A stretch of 64,000 nucleotides of DNA from Candidatus Tenebribacter burtonii. Its GTDB lineage: Bacteria > Cloacimonadota > Cloacimonadia > Cloacimonadales > TCS61. The translations under genes were made by a program, and so were the position numbers. The notes beneath the pieces were generated by a model. It was given only the letters and a program-made list of their open reading frames with translations. It made no database searches and was not told the origin of the DNA. Positions within the stretch are counted from its first letter, which is position 1. Each line of letters begins with the position of its first letter. The DNA lies in assembly GCA_030765625.1 (NCBI GenBank), contig JAVCCF010000109.1, positions 34,991 through 98,990 of the forward strand. Reading direction: 5' to 3'. Of the stretch, positions 37,949 to 47,547 are shown piece by piece.

Positions 37949-40900
37949 CTATTTTCTTAAAGATTTTCTTAAATTGATCAAGAAAACTGCACCATTTGGT
38001 TTATTATCTTCAATGAAAATTGATCCACTCAAACGTTCGATTGTTTTTCTTACAATGTATAATCCCATTCCTGTGTTACCAGATTTACCATAAAAGAATC
38101 CTTTATCAAATATTCTATTTTTGTATTTATCTGGAATACCCACGCCATTATCTGCAAATCTTATTTCACACATCTTATCATTAGAAGATATTATTATGTC
38201 AATTTGTGTAGAATTACCATGTTTTATAGAGTTAGTTATCAAATTCATGAATACGGAATTCAATGCATCATCAGCAAAAACTTTGCATTTACCCTCAATA
38301 TTGAATTTGATATTTGGAAACTCAACAATTAGTTCATCGATTAATTTAGTTATTCCTACTTCTTTCAAGGCTGCATTTGAAGCTATAAACTCTTCATATT
38401 TTTTATAATTCTCGATGTTTCTTATACTCTTCATCACTCTTTTTTCTATTTCATCGAGTATTGTTACATCTGATGACCTTCTGAAAATATTTACTGCACT
38501 TTTAATCACAATGAAATCATTAGCTATATCATGTCGGATAACTTGATTTAATAATTTTAACCGTTCACGACCGATTCTCAGTTCTTCTTGTGCTTTCTTT
38601 TGTCCGGTAATGTCCATAAGAGAGACCAATACTTTAGAATATTTTTTTTCATATCCAGGGACTACATTCCATTTAATAGCTATATTGATTAGTCTTCCAT
38701 TTAATGTTTTATTAATACACTCACCAGTGTAACGAGTTTTATTTTGAGCAATTATACATAATTGTTCTATAAATGCAGGTAGAGAATCTTCTATGAAAAT
38801 TGAACTTAAATTCGATATCAATTCCTTTTTGTCATTAGCATTAAAGAGTGCGATTGTCCTTTCATTTACATCTAAAATTTGAACCATCTGTGAACATTTT
38901 CTAGTTTCATTAAGATTATTTTCAAAATATTCTTTAATGTTCTTGATTCCCCTTTGCTTGAGAGAGGTCAGATATTTATATACTTCTGAAAAATCTTCTT
39001 CCCATATAGATGTTGGAGATTGGTTAAAAAGATATTTATATCTTTCTTCACTTTCCTGGATTTCCAACTCGGCTTTTTTGCGCTCAATTGAGATACTAAT
39101 CTGGCTAGAAATAAATTCTAACATTTTAAGATCCGATTTATCAAATGCAAATTCATCAGTATAGCTCTGAACAGCCAGTACGCCAGTAATTTTTCTCTCT
39201 ACTTTAAGAGGTACTCCCAGCCAAACTTCCGCATCAACTCCTATCCTCTCAATTTTACTCGATTTCATTAATCTATTTTTTAATTTTTTATTAGCTAACA
39301 ATGGTTTTTTAGTTATTCTTACATAGTTGGTTAATGTTTTCTCTGCCGGGAAAGTAATCGTCTTATCTTTGGTATCAGTAAGAAAAGGCAAAGAAAAAGT
39401 GTTTGTCTCTTTATCATAAAAAGCAATAAAGAAATTAGTTGTGTCAATAATTTTTCCAAGTTCTTTATGTATTAGTTCAATCAGTTTTTCAAGACTATCT
39501 GCTGCAGGAATCGCAGTTGAAATATTAAAAATTATTTCTTGAATTTTTTCATTATGTTTTCGTTCGGTAATATCAGTAATTAAACCTTCCAAATGGATCA
39601 ATTTGCCATTCTCATTATAGATACCGCGACCTCTTTCCCAAACCCACTTAATTTCTCCCGATGCAGTTTTAATCTCGTACTCGGTTTCCACAAGATCATG
39701 ATTTTTTAAATTTTTCTGCCATAACTCCCATATACCGTCTTGGTATTTAGGCAGGATCAAATCATTAAACGATAGTTTGCTATTCTCTATTAATTCCTCA
39801 GGTTTATATCCTGTAAGTTTTAAACAACCTGCACTAACAAAGTTCATTGTCCAGTTCTTATCATTTTCACAATTATAAACCATTCCCTCTAAATTCAGAA
39901 GTAGTGTGTAATACTTTAAGTTTTGCATTGATAGAGCTTCTTCTGCTCGCTTACGTTCAGTAATATCATGGGCAATCAAAAGAATACTATTCTTGGTTTT
40001 TGGAGTAATTCTGCCTTCAAACCAAATTGTTTTTTTATTTATGATCAGAGGATATTCTATTGTAATATTTTTATTTTCTTTCAAACACTTACGAAAAGAC
40101 TTAAGGAACATGTCAGCTTTCTTTTTCGGAAATATTTCATGAAGTTTTTTCCCTATAATGTCAGCATAGGGTTTATATAAAAGTTCCGGTGAAGTTGGAG
40201 CAATATCAATATATCTGCCATCAAAATCAATTTCCATTACGATATCGGTCATAGCGTTAAAAATTGTTCGCAAATTATTTTCACTTTTCCGCAATGCCGT
40301 TGTTGCATGCTTACGCTCGGTCATATCATGGGCAATCAAAAGAATACTATTCTTGGTTTTTGGAGTAATTCTGCCTTCAAACCATATTGTTTTTTTATTT
40401 ATGATCAGAGGATATTCTATTATTATGGTTTTATTTTCGCTCAAGCATTTATGAAAAGACTTAAGGAACATGTCCGCTGTCGGTTTTGGAAACACGTCAT
40501 GAAGTTTTTTCCCTATAAGCTCAACTGATGATTTATATAAAAGTTCCGGTGAAGTTGGAGCAATATTAATATATCTGCCATCATAATCAATTTCTATTAC
40601 AAGATTAGTCATAGCATGAAAAATCGTTCGCAAATTATTTTCACTTTCCAATAATGCTATATCTGCTTTTTTACGCTTAGTAATATCTTCTATAATTCCA
40701 TCATAAAATTGGACGTAACCATCTTTGTCTTTAATAGTTACTGCCGATATAGAACCATAAAAAGCGGTTCCATCTTTTCTCTTTAATTGTAATTCTTCGT
40801 CTTTAACGAATCCCTTTTGAAGCATTTCATTATTGAATTTATTTCTTTCTTCCGGATGAAGATATAGTTCAGAAACATTATGTTCTAAGAATTCGCTTCT

Positions 40901-41383
40901 ATTTCTAAATCCAAACATTTTTACTATAGCTGGGTTAGCTTCAATAAATTTTCCTTTTTTGCCAACAGTATTTCGATAGATACCTACATTTATGTTCTCA
41001 GCCAGTATTCTATATTTTTCTTCACTTTCCTGAAATTCTTTGTGTTCAGTGATATCTGACATGAATTGCACGAATCCTGATATTTCATTGTTTTCATCTA
41101 ATATTGGATCGACAGATACTTTATATAACCTATCTTTTATTAATATATTTAATGATTCTTTTTTCTTTGATTTCTTTGATTTGAGAAATAGACAATTTTC
41201 TTTTCTGGTAGTTTTTCCATAGATAATTTTAGAACAATCGTAACCGAATACTTGAGTTTCAGATTTATCAACCAATTTTAGAAATGCAGTATTACATTCT
41301 TTTATAATACCATTTACATCTAATAAGATAATTGAATCCTTAATAGAATTAAATATATGATCCCACTTAAAATTACTATTCAT
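37949..41383 (-). CDS. multi-PAS/GAF sensor histidine kinase (cytoplasmic, orphan)
   Basis: 1144 aa. Several PAS units end in ITERK/MTERK, followed by a GAF-like segment, an H-box LLNQVIRHDIANDF and an HATPase_c region (NLITNSIKHG...DNGVGIP...GMGLYIV). Confidence 0.85.
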   Translation of the reverse strand: MNSNFKWDHIFNSIKDSIILLDVNGIIKECNTAFLKLVDKSETQVFGYDCSKIIYGKTTRKENCLFLKSKKSKKKESLNILIKDRLYKVSVDPILDENNEISGFVQFMSDITEHKEFQESEEKYRILAENINVGIYRNTVGKKGKFIEANPAIVKMFGFRNRSEFLEHNVSELYLHPEERNKFNNEMLQKGFVKDEELQLKRKDGTAFYGSISAVTIKDKDGYVQFYDGIIEDITKRKKADIALLESENNLRTIFHAMTNLVIEIDYDGRYINIAPTSPELLYKSSVELIGKKLHDVFPKPTADMFLKSFHKCLSENKTIIIEYPLIINKKTIWFEGRITPKTKNSILLIAHDMTERKHATTALRKSENNLRTIFNAMTDIVMEIDFDGRYIDIAPTSPELLYKPYADIIGKKLHEIFPKKKADMFLKSFRKCLKENKNITIEYPLIINKKTIWFEGRITPKTKNSILLIAHDITERKRAEEALSMQNLKYYTLLLNLEGMVYNCENDKNWTMNFVSAGCLKLTGYKPEELIENSKLSFNDLILPKYQDGIWELWQKNLKNHDLVETEYEIKTASGEIKWVWERGRGIYNENGKLIHLEGLITDITERKHNEKIQEIIFNISTAIPAADSLEKLIELIHKELGKIIDTTNFFIAFYDKETNTFSLPFLTDTKDKTITFPAEKTLTNYVRITKKPLLANKKLKNRLMKSSKIERIGVDAEVWLGVPLKVERKITGVLAVQSYTDEFAFDKSDLKMLEFISSQISISIERKKAELEIQESEERYKYLFNQSPTSIWEEDFSEVYKYLTSLKQRGIKNIKEYFENNLNETRKCSQMVQILDVNERTIALFNANDKKELISNLSSIFIEDSLPAFIEQLCIIAQNKTRYTGECINKTLNGRLINIAIKWNVVPGYEKKYSKVLVSLMDITGQKKAQEELRIGRERLKLLNQVIRHDIANDFIVIKSAVNIFRRSSDVTILDEIEKRVMKSIRNIENYKKYEEFIASNAALKEVGITKLIDELIVEFPNIKFNIEGKCKVFADDALNSVFMNLITNSIKHGNSTQIDIIISSNDKMCEIRFADNGVGIPDKYKNRIFDKGFFYGKSGNTGMGLYIVRKTIERLSGSIFIEDNKPNGAVFLINLRKSLRK
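39961..40680 (-). repeat. exact 360-bp-period tandem duplication inside the kinase gene (one PAS unit x2)
   Basis: 39961-40320 aligns base-for-base in register with 40321-40680. The first ~100 nt are nearly identical (catatcatgggcaatcaaaagaatactattcttggtttttggagtaattctgccttcaaacca...). The remainder is about 80 percent identical. Confidence 0.9.
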
Positions 41384-41615
41384 TATAACATAACCTCTAA
41401 ATTAGAATACGTTTCATATTATAGTCAAATTCGAAAGTAAAATTTTATATGTCAAAGCATTAATATTTTTTTGTGGTTTATAAAAATAGAAACTACAGAA
41501 CAACTCATAAGTAGTAAACATAATTAACTTATTGAAGATACACTTGAAACATCTGAGTTTCATAAGTTTGTAAATATCATAACAGAATATTGTAACTAAA
41601 ATCCAAAATGTTAAG

Positions 41616-43964
41616 TTATTCACTATTGTGAAGCCTGTAAGCTTTTCTTAAACAAATTATAAAAGTTGCTCCACTTGTTTCATTATCTGCAAGTGAAATA
41701 ACACCATCATAATTCTCAATTGTTTTTCTTATAATATGTAAGCCAATTCCGGTATGACTAGATTTACCATAGGGAAAACCTTCATCAAATATTTTCCCTT
41801 TGATTTTATCTGGAATTCCAGAGCCATTATCCATAAATTTTATTTTGCAAATATCATTTTCTGAGGTAATAATAATATCAATTTTAGTTGAATCACCATG
41901 TTTTATAGAATTAGAGATAAGGTTTTCGAAAACGGAATGTAATGCATCATCGGCAAATATGTTACATTTCCCATCAATATTAAATGTAATCTTAGGGAAG
42001 TTAACTATCAGTTCACTGATCAATTGATTAACTTCTATCTCTTCCAAACCCTGATTTGAATCTATAAAGGATTCATATTTTCTATAATTTGCTATCGTTT
42101 TTAAACTCTTGTTGGTTCTATTGGCAATTTCATCAATCATTGTTGCATCAGTTGTTCTTTTAAAAATATTAATTGCACTTTTAATGACGAGAAAATCATT
42201 AGAAAGATCATGCCGGATGATTTTATTCAGCATTTTCAATCGATCACGGTTGATTTGCAATTCTTCTTCCACCACTATTCTTTTAGCTATATCTTCCTTT
42301 AACTCCCTGGTTTTTAGCTGCACCTGTTTTTTTAAGGATGTATTCCAAATAATTATTACCATAAATATTAATACAGCCAGCAATAATCCGGATAAAGTAA
42401 TAATCCAAAATGTTCTATTAGAAAAAATCGACATTGGTTTCAGGTATATCCAATTATTGATGATCTCTTTCTTTTTTTTCGGAGGAATTGCTTTCAAAGT
42501 TTTTGTAATGATCGAATTCAAAACTGGCCAATCTTTACGAGTTTGAATGGACAGTTTTGTTTTGTATTCTGTTTCACCAGCCACTATCAGATTGGAAATT
42601 CCTTCCTGTTCTATATAGTAAAGTGCAATTGGTAGAGTGGCAATGAAAGCATCAATTTCATTTGTGGATACTTTGCGTAATCCTTCTGTGACATTTTCTA
42701 CTCCTACAATTTCGATGTCAGGATGATCCTTGTTGAAAAATTCGTACCACACATAACCTGAGACAATGCCCACTTTTTTATTATAAAGTTTTTCAGTGCT
42801 GGTCAAGTCTTCGTTACTTTTAGTTGTAATAATAACTCCGGGAAAGATCAGATATGGATCAGAAAAAAGCATATACTTTTCCCGGTTGGAAGTTTGTGCG
42901 GCTGCTGGCAGCATATCAATTTCTCGGGATTTAGCTTTTTTCAGAATTTCATCCCAGTTCTGGCAGTGAATAACTTCGAATTCGATATCCAATGCATCTG
43001 AGATCATTTTCATAAAATCAGCTGATATACCTTCATAATTATTATTCTCATCAAACCATTCTATGGGAGGAAATTCCGGATCAGGAGCTATGCGGATAAC
43101 AGAATGTCCTTTCAGCCAGGCAGATTCTTCATCAGTTAACTGAGTCCAGATCCATGATGCAAAATCATCCGTGGAAAAACCAAACCATTTCTTATAAAGG
43201 ACAGTTTTTTCATCTTCGCTGATTGCATCTAAAGCCTTATTTAAGATTGCAACTAATTCCGGCCAGTCATTACGAATGGAATAAAGGAGATCAAGTTTTT
43301 GTTCATTTTCATTGAATATGTGAGCGATCGCAATATTATCAAAGTATAATTTACGATATTCAGGAAACATCCCAAGCGTAAGAAAAGACGCATCTGCCTT
43401 GCCTTCCAAAACAAGTTTGAAAGCATTAATCTCAGTATCGGTTTGTACATGCTTCATTTCTCCAAGAGAAGTTACAAAAATATCCAGCCATTTATTACCC
43501 TTAACGCGAGCCAATGTTTTTCCCTTCAGATCGGCTTCAGATCGAATCGTGTTAAGCTTGTCTGGAGTCGTGGCCAAAGCATAATACTGAGTAAGGTAGG
43601 AGTGGGTAAAACTGAAGAATTCACTTCTGGCTTTACTTGCTGTAGACTCAGCCAGCCCATCGATCTCTCTACTTTTTGCCTGTTGGACCATTTCTTGCCA
43701 CTTTCCCGGTACAATTTCAATATTGGCTCCGGTCATTTCATTGATCTTATTGATCAGATCAACATCGTAACCTTTATATTCTCCATTCTCTCTTGGAAAA
43801 ATGAAAGGAACCCATGATTCACCAATTCCCAGCCGGATAACAGGATGTTCTTCTATCCAGTTTATTTCTTTCTGGGTAAGATCCAAAGCATTCAGGCTAA
43901 AACAGAACAAGCTGATTGTGCTTATAATAAATATTATTTTAATTAATTTTTTGTTTTTTATCAT
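41616..43964 (-). CDS. sensor histidine kinase with two periplasmic family-3 solute-binding domains (orphan)
   Basis: Signal/TM segment, two SBP_bac_3-like domains (each with a SREIDGLA / SREIDMLP-type motif), a TM helix, H-box MLNKIIRHDLSNDF and HATPase_c (NLISNSIKHG...DNGSGIP...GIGLHII). The kinase core is paralogous to that of 37949..41383. Confidence 0.85.
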   Translation of the reverse strand: MIKNKKLIKIIFIISTISLFCFSLNALDLTQKEINWIEEHPVIRLGIGESWVPFIFPRENGEYKGYDVDLINKINEMTGANIEIVPGKWQEMVQQAKSREIDGLAESTASKARSEFFSFTHSYLTQYYALATTPDKLNTIRSEADLKGKTLARVKGNKWLDIFVTSLGEMKHVQTDTEINAFKLVLEGKADASFLTLGMFPEYRKLYFDNIAIAHIFNENEQKLDLLYSIRNDWPELVAILNKALDAISEDEKTVLYKKWFGFSTDDFASWIWTQLTDEESAWLKGHSVIRIAPDPEFPPIEWFDENNNYEGISADFMKMISDALDIEFEVIHCQNWDEILKKAKSREIDMLPAAAQTSNREKYMLFSDPYLIFPGVIITTKSNEDLTSTEKLYNKKVGIVSGYVWYEFFNKDHPDIEIVGVENVTEGLRKVSTNEIDAFIATLPIALYYIEQEGISNLIVAGETEYKTKLSIQTRKDWPVLNSIITKTLKAIPPKKKKEIINNWIYLKPMSIFSNRTFWIITLSGLLLAVLIFMVIIIWNTSLKKQVQLKTRELKEDIAKRIVVEEELQINRDRLKMLNKIIRHDLSNDFLVIKSAINIFKRTTDATMIDEIANRTNKSLKTIANYRKYESFIDSNQGLEEIEVNQLISELIVNFPKITFNIDGKCNIFADDALHSVFENLISNSIKHGDSTKIDIIITSENDICKIKFMDNGSGIPDKIKGKIFDEGFPYGKSSHTGIGLHIIRKTIENYDGVISLADNETSGATFIICLRKAYRLHNSE

Positions 43965-44054
43965 GATCTTTCCTTAACAGATTGGAGTTCATATTCTAAA
44001 ACAACCATCTGGTCTTCCCTTTTTTTGATAATTCCAAGTCTATAATTCACTTTT

Positions 44055-46004
44055 TCATTTTCCGAAAAACTTTGGTAACCAACACTGAAAATCAGATTCG
44101 TAGCCCATAGCACTTATACCCTTTTTTTTCTGCGGGTTATCTTTAAATTTGACATGCCATTTTAAACCCCTATCTGCATCATATCTATAATAACCATTTA
44201 ATTGATATTTGATAAGACTGATCATAGACTGAATTCCCATCGATTCTATTTTTTTTAAGTCCTGATCAGCAGGTACTCCAATTCCATTATCGGATAGTTG
44301 AATATTTATATAGTTATTCTTATCTTTAAATAATTTGATGAAAATTTTACCTTTTTCATTATTTGGAAAGGCATGTTTAAACACATTAGAGACCATTTCA
44401 TTCAGTACTAATCCCAAAGGTACAGCCGAATCAATCAGTACAAATATTTTATCATCCATTTCAAATTTCAGAGAAACATTTGCAGACAATTGTGAATAGC
44501 TTTGTTTTATTTGAAGAACAAGATCTTGGATATAATCATTCAAGTTGATAGAGGAAAGATCATTTGCCTGATACAATTTTTCATGAACCAGAGACATAGC
44601 TTTTATCTTATTGTTTACTTCCATGAAAGTTGTATGAACAAATTCATCATTCGAATTGGTTGCTTGTATCTTAAGCATCGAAGAAATAACAGCCATATTA
44701 TTTTTGGTGCGGTGATACAATTCTTGCAGAAGTGCAGTTTTTATTTTCAGATCTTTCTTGATCTGTTCTTCCGCTTGCTTACGCTTGGTGATGTCTCTTC
44801 CCACTCCGATAATAGAAATCACATTCCCACCGTCGTCAAAAACTGCTGTATGTACCCAGTATAGCCAGCGCCAGCCGTCTTTAGTTTTTGCTCTTTGCTC
44901 AATGTGACATATGTGTGGTGGTGCATAAAGATTCTGCATAGCTTTTCTAGTAGCCTTTATATCGTCAGGATGAACAACCGGCGTGAATTTAACACCGAGG
45001 AGCTCTTTTTCTTTTTTTGCAAAAGTTTTACAGTAGGAAGAGCTCACAAACAAGAAGCGTTCTTCCAAGTCTATTTTCACCAGCATATCCACCTGGTTTT
45101 CGATTAGCATTTTATATTTTTCTTCACTTACCTTTAAGGCTTCTTCCGATTTTTCCCGCCGTTCCATCATGAAATTAGTAGCATGAGCTAAGACTACAAA
45201 TTCTGGAAAATCAGGTTTGGTTTCATCAATTCGAGCAGTCGGGTTCTCCATATTGCGGAAAAAATTAAAGAAAAGATCAAAATCATTCTTAATTTTCTTA
45301 GAAATAACTTTGGCTATTATATAAAATGCAATGAGAAAAAAAATACCAAAAATTACCAGTGCCAGAATCTGTCTTTTCACTTTTTGATGCAATTCAAATT
45401 CTTCTGCTGCTACAAGTTCATCAATATCATCAATATATATACCAGCTCCAATAATCCATTGCAATTTGTTTATTCCTGTCACATAGGATATCTTGGGCGT
45501 AAGTTTAGTTTCACCTAATTTATTCCAAGAATATCGAACAAAGCCGCCTTCTGATTCTGTTACTTTTTGGATTTGCTCCTGAATGATCTTCACACCATTA
45601 GGGTCGGTTAGATCCCAAACACTACCTGTTCCAATTGTGATGATTCCATTTGAAAATAGAGGATCGCCCTGATAAGTACTCCCGAAAAAGTAACCTTCTT
45701 TACCGAAATGTTGCTTTACCAGATTAGTCAGGATTTCTTCTTTTGCTGCCTTGATATCATGTGTTGATTTTCGACTTACGTAATGTTGAATTAAATTCTT
45801 GATGTAATAAGTCATTTTCTGTACTTCATTTCTTATCATTATTTTTTGTTCATTCTCATATTCTTGCTTCAAAATATCCGTATTGTGTTTGAAATCTTTA
45901 TTTAAATTATGGATTTCCCAATAGCCAAAAATAACGATTGTAATCAGTGCAAAGACAATTATTACAAAAAAGAACATCCTGTGAATACTAAATTCATACT
46001 TCAT
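44055..46004 (-). CDS. Cache-PAS sensor histidine kinase, HisKA_2 type (orphan)
   Basis: N-terminal TM, extracytoplasmic Cache-like domain, second TM, PAS domain, then H-box [20 protein letters not shown] (HisKA_2/HWE-type) and HATPase ([12 protein letters not shown]...DNGIGVP). Confidence 0.8.
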   Translation of the reverse strand: MKYEFSIHRMFFFVIIVFALITIVIFGYWEIHNLNKDFKHNTDILKQEYENEQKIMIRNEVQKMTYYIKNLIQHYVSRKSTHDIKAAKEEILTNLVKQHFGKEGYFFGSTYQGDPLFSNGIITIGTGSVWDLTDPNGVKIIQEQIQKVTESEGGFVRYSWNKLGETKLTPKISYVTGINKLQWIIGAGIYIDDIDELVAAEEFELHQKVKRQILALVIFGIFFLIAFYIIAKVISKKIKNDFDLFFNFFRNMENPTARIDETKPDFPEFVVLAHATNFMMERREKSEEALKVSEEKYKMLIENQVDMLVKIDLEERFLFVSSSYCKTFAKKEKELLGVKFTPVVHPDDIKATRKAMQNLYAPPHICHIEQRAKTKDGWRWLYWVHTAVFDDGGNVISIIGVGRDITKRKQAEEQIKKDLKIKTALLQELYHRTKNNMAVISSMLKIQATNSNDEFVHTTFMEVNNKIKAMSLVHEKLYQANDLSSINLNDYIQDLVLQIKQSYSQLSANVSLKFEMDDKIFVLIDSAVPLGLVLNEMVSNVFKHAFPNNEKGKIFIKLFKDKNNYINIQLSDNGIGVPADQDLKKIESMGIQSMISLIKYQLNGYYRYDADRGLKWHVKFKDNPQKKKGISAMGYESDFQCWLPKFFGK

Positions 46005-46365
46005 TAATCACTCCCAATTGTTGTTTTTATCATTATTGTTCTCTTTCTGTCATTGAAATCCCTTATAAGTTGTGTAATATGATTAACTGGTATATAAAAG
46101 ATTTTTTGCAATAATTGTGAACTTTAGCATAGTTAACTTTTCTACCATGTTTAAACTTAGTGATATAAAAATAACTTTGTATTAAATTGATTTTTCGTTT
46201 CACTTTTCATACTCCGAATAAACAATTAAGTCAATTCTGCTACTTTGAACTTCCAACTAAAAAAATAATTAAAATATTGTAAAGTTATAAATTAAAAGTA
46301 CTTTAAGAGATGTCATGGCAAAAAGTATATCCCGTATATTTTTATGTTGTGCAAGGAAAATAGAC

Positions 46366-46844
46366 TTACAAATTTTGGAGTACTTTCATCACAGGATAAA
46401 TCAAACCGGCAATCAGTAACAGGGTGATAAAAGGGCGATTAATGTTTTGCCATTTATAGTTCTTTCTCTTGAAAGCATCCAGGCCGTGATTGATACCGGA
46501 GAAGGAAAAGAAGAAAATGAATGTGAAAAGAATGGTCAATTCTGCCTTGATTCCCCAATTGGCGAAATATACAACTAAAGAAACTACAGCATAAGATAAC
46601 AAAGCAATTGCCGATTGCTTCTGATAGTTGCTGCCGGTTTCAAAGCCTTTTAATTCAGCAGATTTACTGCCGAAAAATATACCCTCAAATCCAGAGATTC
46701 CTGCAATTGCAACAATGATTATGGGATCATGAAATGCAATTGTGCAACAGGATCATAGCCATCTGCAAAGCCAATTTGATAACCAAAAAAGAATGCTATA
46801 GAAACACTTAGAATCCTGATAATATCCAATACTTTTAGAAACAA
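46366..46844 (-). pseudogene. disrupted small polytopic membrane-protein gene (frameshift, or in-frame TGA at 46753-46755)
   Basis: A GGAGAG-caaa-TTG start at 46844 opens MFLKVLDIIRILSVSIAFFFGYQIGFADGYDPVAQLHFMIP*. The remaining coding signal (HDPIIIVAIAGISGFEGIFFGS... to 46366, 3-4 TM helices) lies in the -1 frame. That second frame itself runs upstream through a single TGA. Confidence 0.4.
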
Positions 46845-46954
46845 TTTGCTCTCCTTCCTTAACTTTCATTTTTATGAATTCAACTTTTTGATAGTAAGAA
46901 TTACTAAGCAAGTAAAATCCAATAAAAAGTAAAAATGGAAATATTCTACTTGAC

Positions 46955-46980
46955 CCTATTTGGCGATTTGACCAAATAGG
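46955..46980. promoter_or_regulatory. candidate ArsR-family operator (perfect 9-8-9 inverted repeat)
   Basis: CCTATTTGG-cgatttga-CCAAATAGG lies 50 nt upstream of the ArsR start, in the divergent promoter region. Confidence 0.55.
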
Positions 46981-47029
46981 CAATGAGTTGTGCGAAAATT
47001 AGTGTTTCTTACAAAATTGGAGGTTTTTA

Positions 47030-47343
47030 TGGATAGTCTTGAAAAGAGAAAATATGAAGAATTGGCTCGCATCAGCAAAGCCATGGCTCATGCTACCCGG
47101 TTGTATATTATACACAAATTGGATGAACAGGAATATTGCGTAAAAGAACTAACTGAACTTATCGGAGTTGATATTTCCACTATTTCAAAGCATTTATCTA
47201 TTCTCAAAAATGCCGGCATAATAATAGATGAAAAACGAGGGAATTGTGTCTATTATAAGTTGCAATGCCGTTGTGTCCTCTCGATGTTCAGTTGTCTTAT
47301 AAATGTGATCGATAGCAATAAAGATAAAATGAATGTGTTATGA
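47030..47343 (+). CDS. ArsR/SmtB-family metalloregulator
   Basis: ATG at 47030 follows ggaggt. Winged HTH LARISKAMAHATRLYIIHKLDEQEYCVKELTELIGVDISTISKHLSILKNAGII. Cys-rich C-terminus (QCRCVLSMFSC). Confidence 0.85.
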
Positions 47344-47368
47344 AAAATCTGTACAAAAGGTTAGCCTG

Positions 47369-47488
47369 TCATTCTGACGTGTTTTGCACGTTGTTCTCAG
47401 AAAGAATCTTAGGAATGATTAGATGCAAAGCTGAAAGAAAATTCAATAGATTCTTCGAGTGTAAAGCTAAAAGAATCCTCAGAAAGAC
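47369..47488. repeat. palindromic MITE/REP-like element (GTCATYCTGAG family), degenerate copy
   Basis: Terminus gtcattctgac (47369) faces ctcagaaagac (47478-47488). Internal gaaagaatc / gattcttc inverted pair and a cgtg-ttttg-cacg mini-hairpin. It occupies the ArsR-permease spacer and accounts for the spurious ORF 47340..47534. Confidence 0.65.
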
Positions 47489-47547
47489 AATTATTTTGTG
47501 TTCTTTGTGCCTTAGTGTTTTTGTGGCAAAATAAAAAGGGATTAATA

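Noticed and set aside
41414-41623. 69-aa ORF between the two sensor kinase genes
   Set aside because: It has AT-rich, Phe/Ile/Lys-biased composition and no ribosome-binding site, and it lies in the promoter/spacer of the downstream kinase.
46753-46755. A third in-frame TGA (LCRWL-TGA-SCCTIAF) as a selenocysteine codon
   Set aside because: The only downstream hairpin is a 4-bp tgca-caat-tgca stem with no G in the loop. The upstream part of that frame lacks a ribosome-binding site. A different frame has a strong SD+TTG start and reads like a TM helix. A frameshift or pseudogene is therefore the more economical explanation. It is kept as an open alternative in the findings.
47340-47534. 64-aa ORF between the ArsR gene and the permease
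   Set aside because: It is composed of the degenerate palindromic repeat element (GTCATTCTGAC...CTCAGAAAGAC). It has no ribosome-binding site. ORFs of this kind are typical artefacts of this repeat class.
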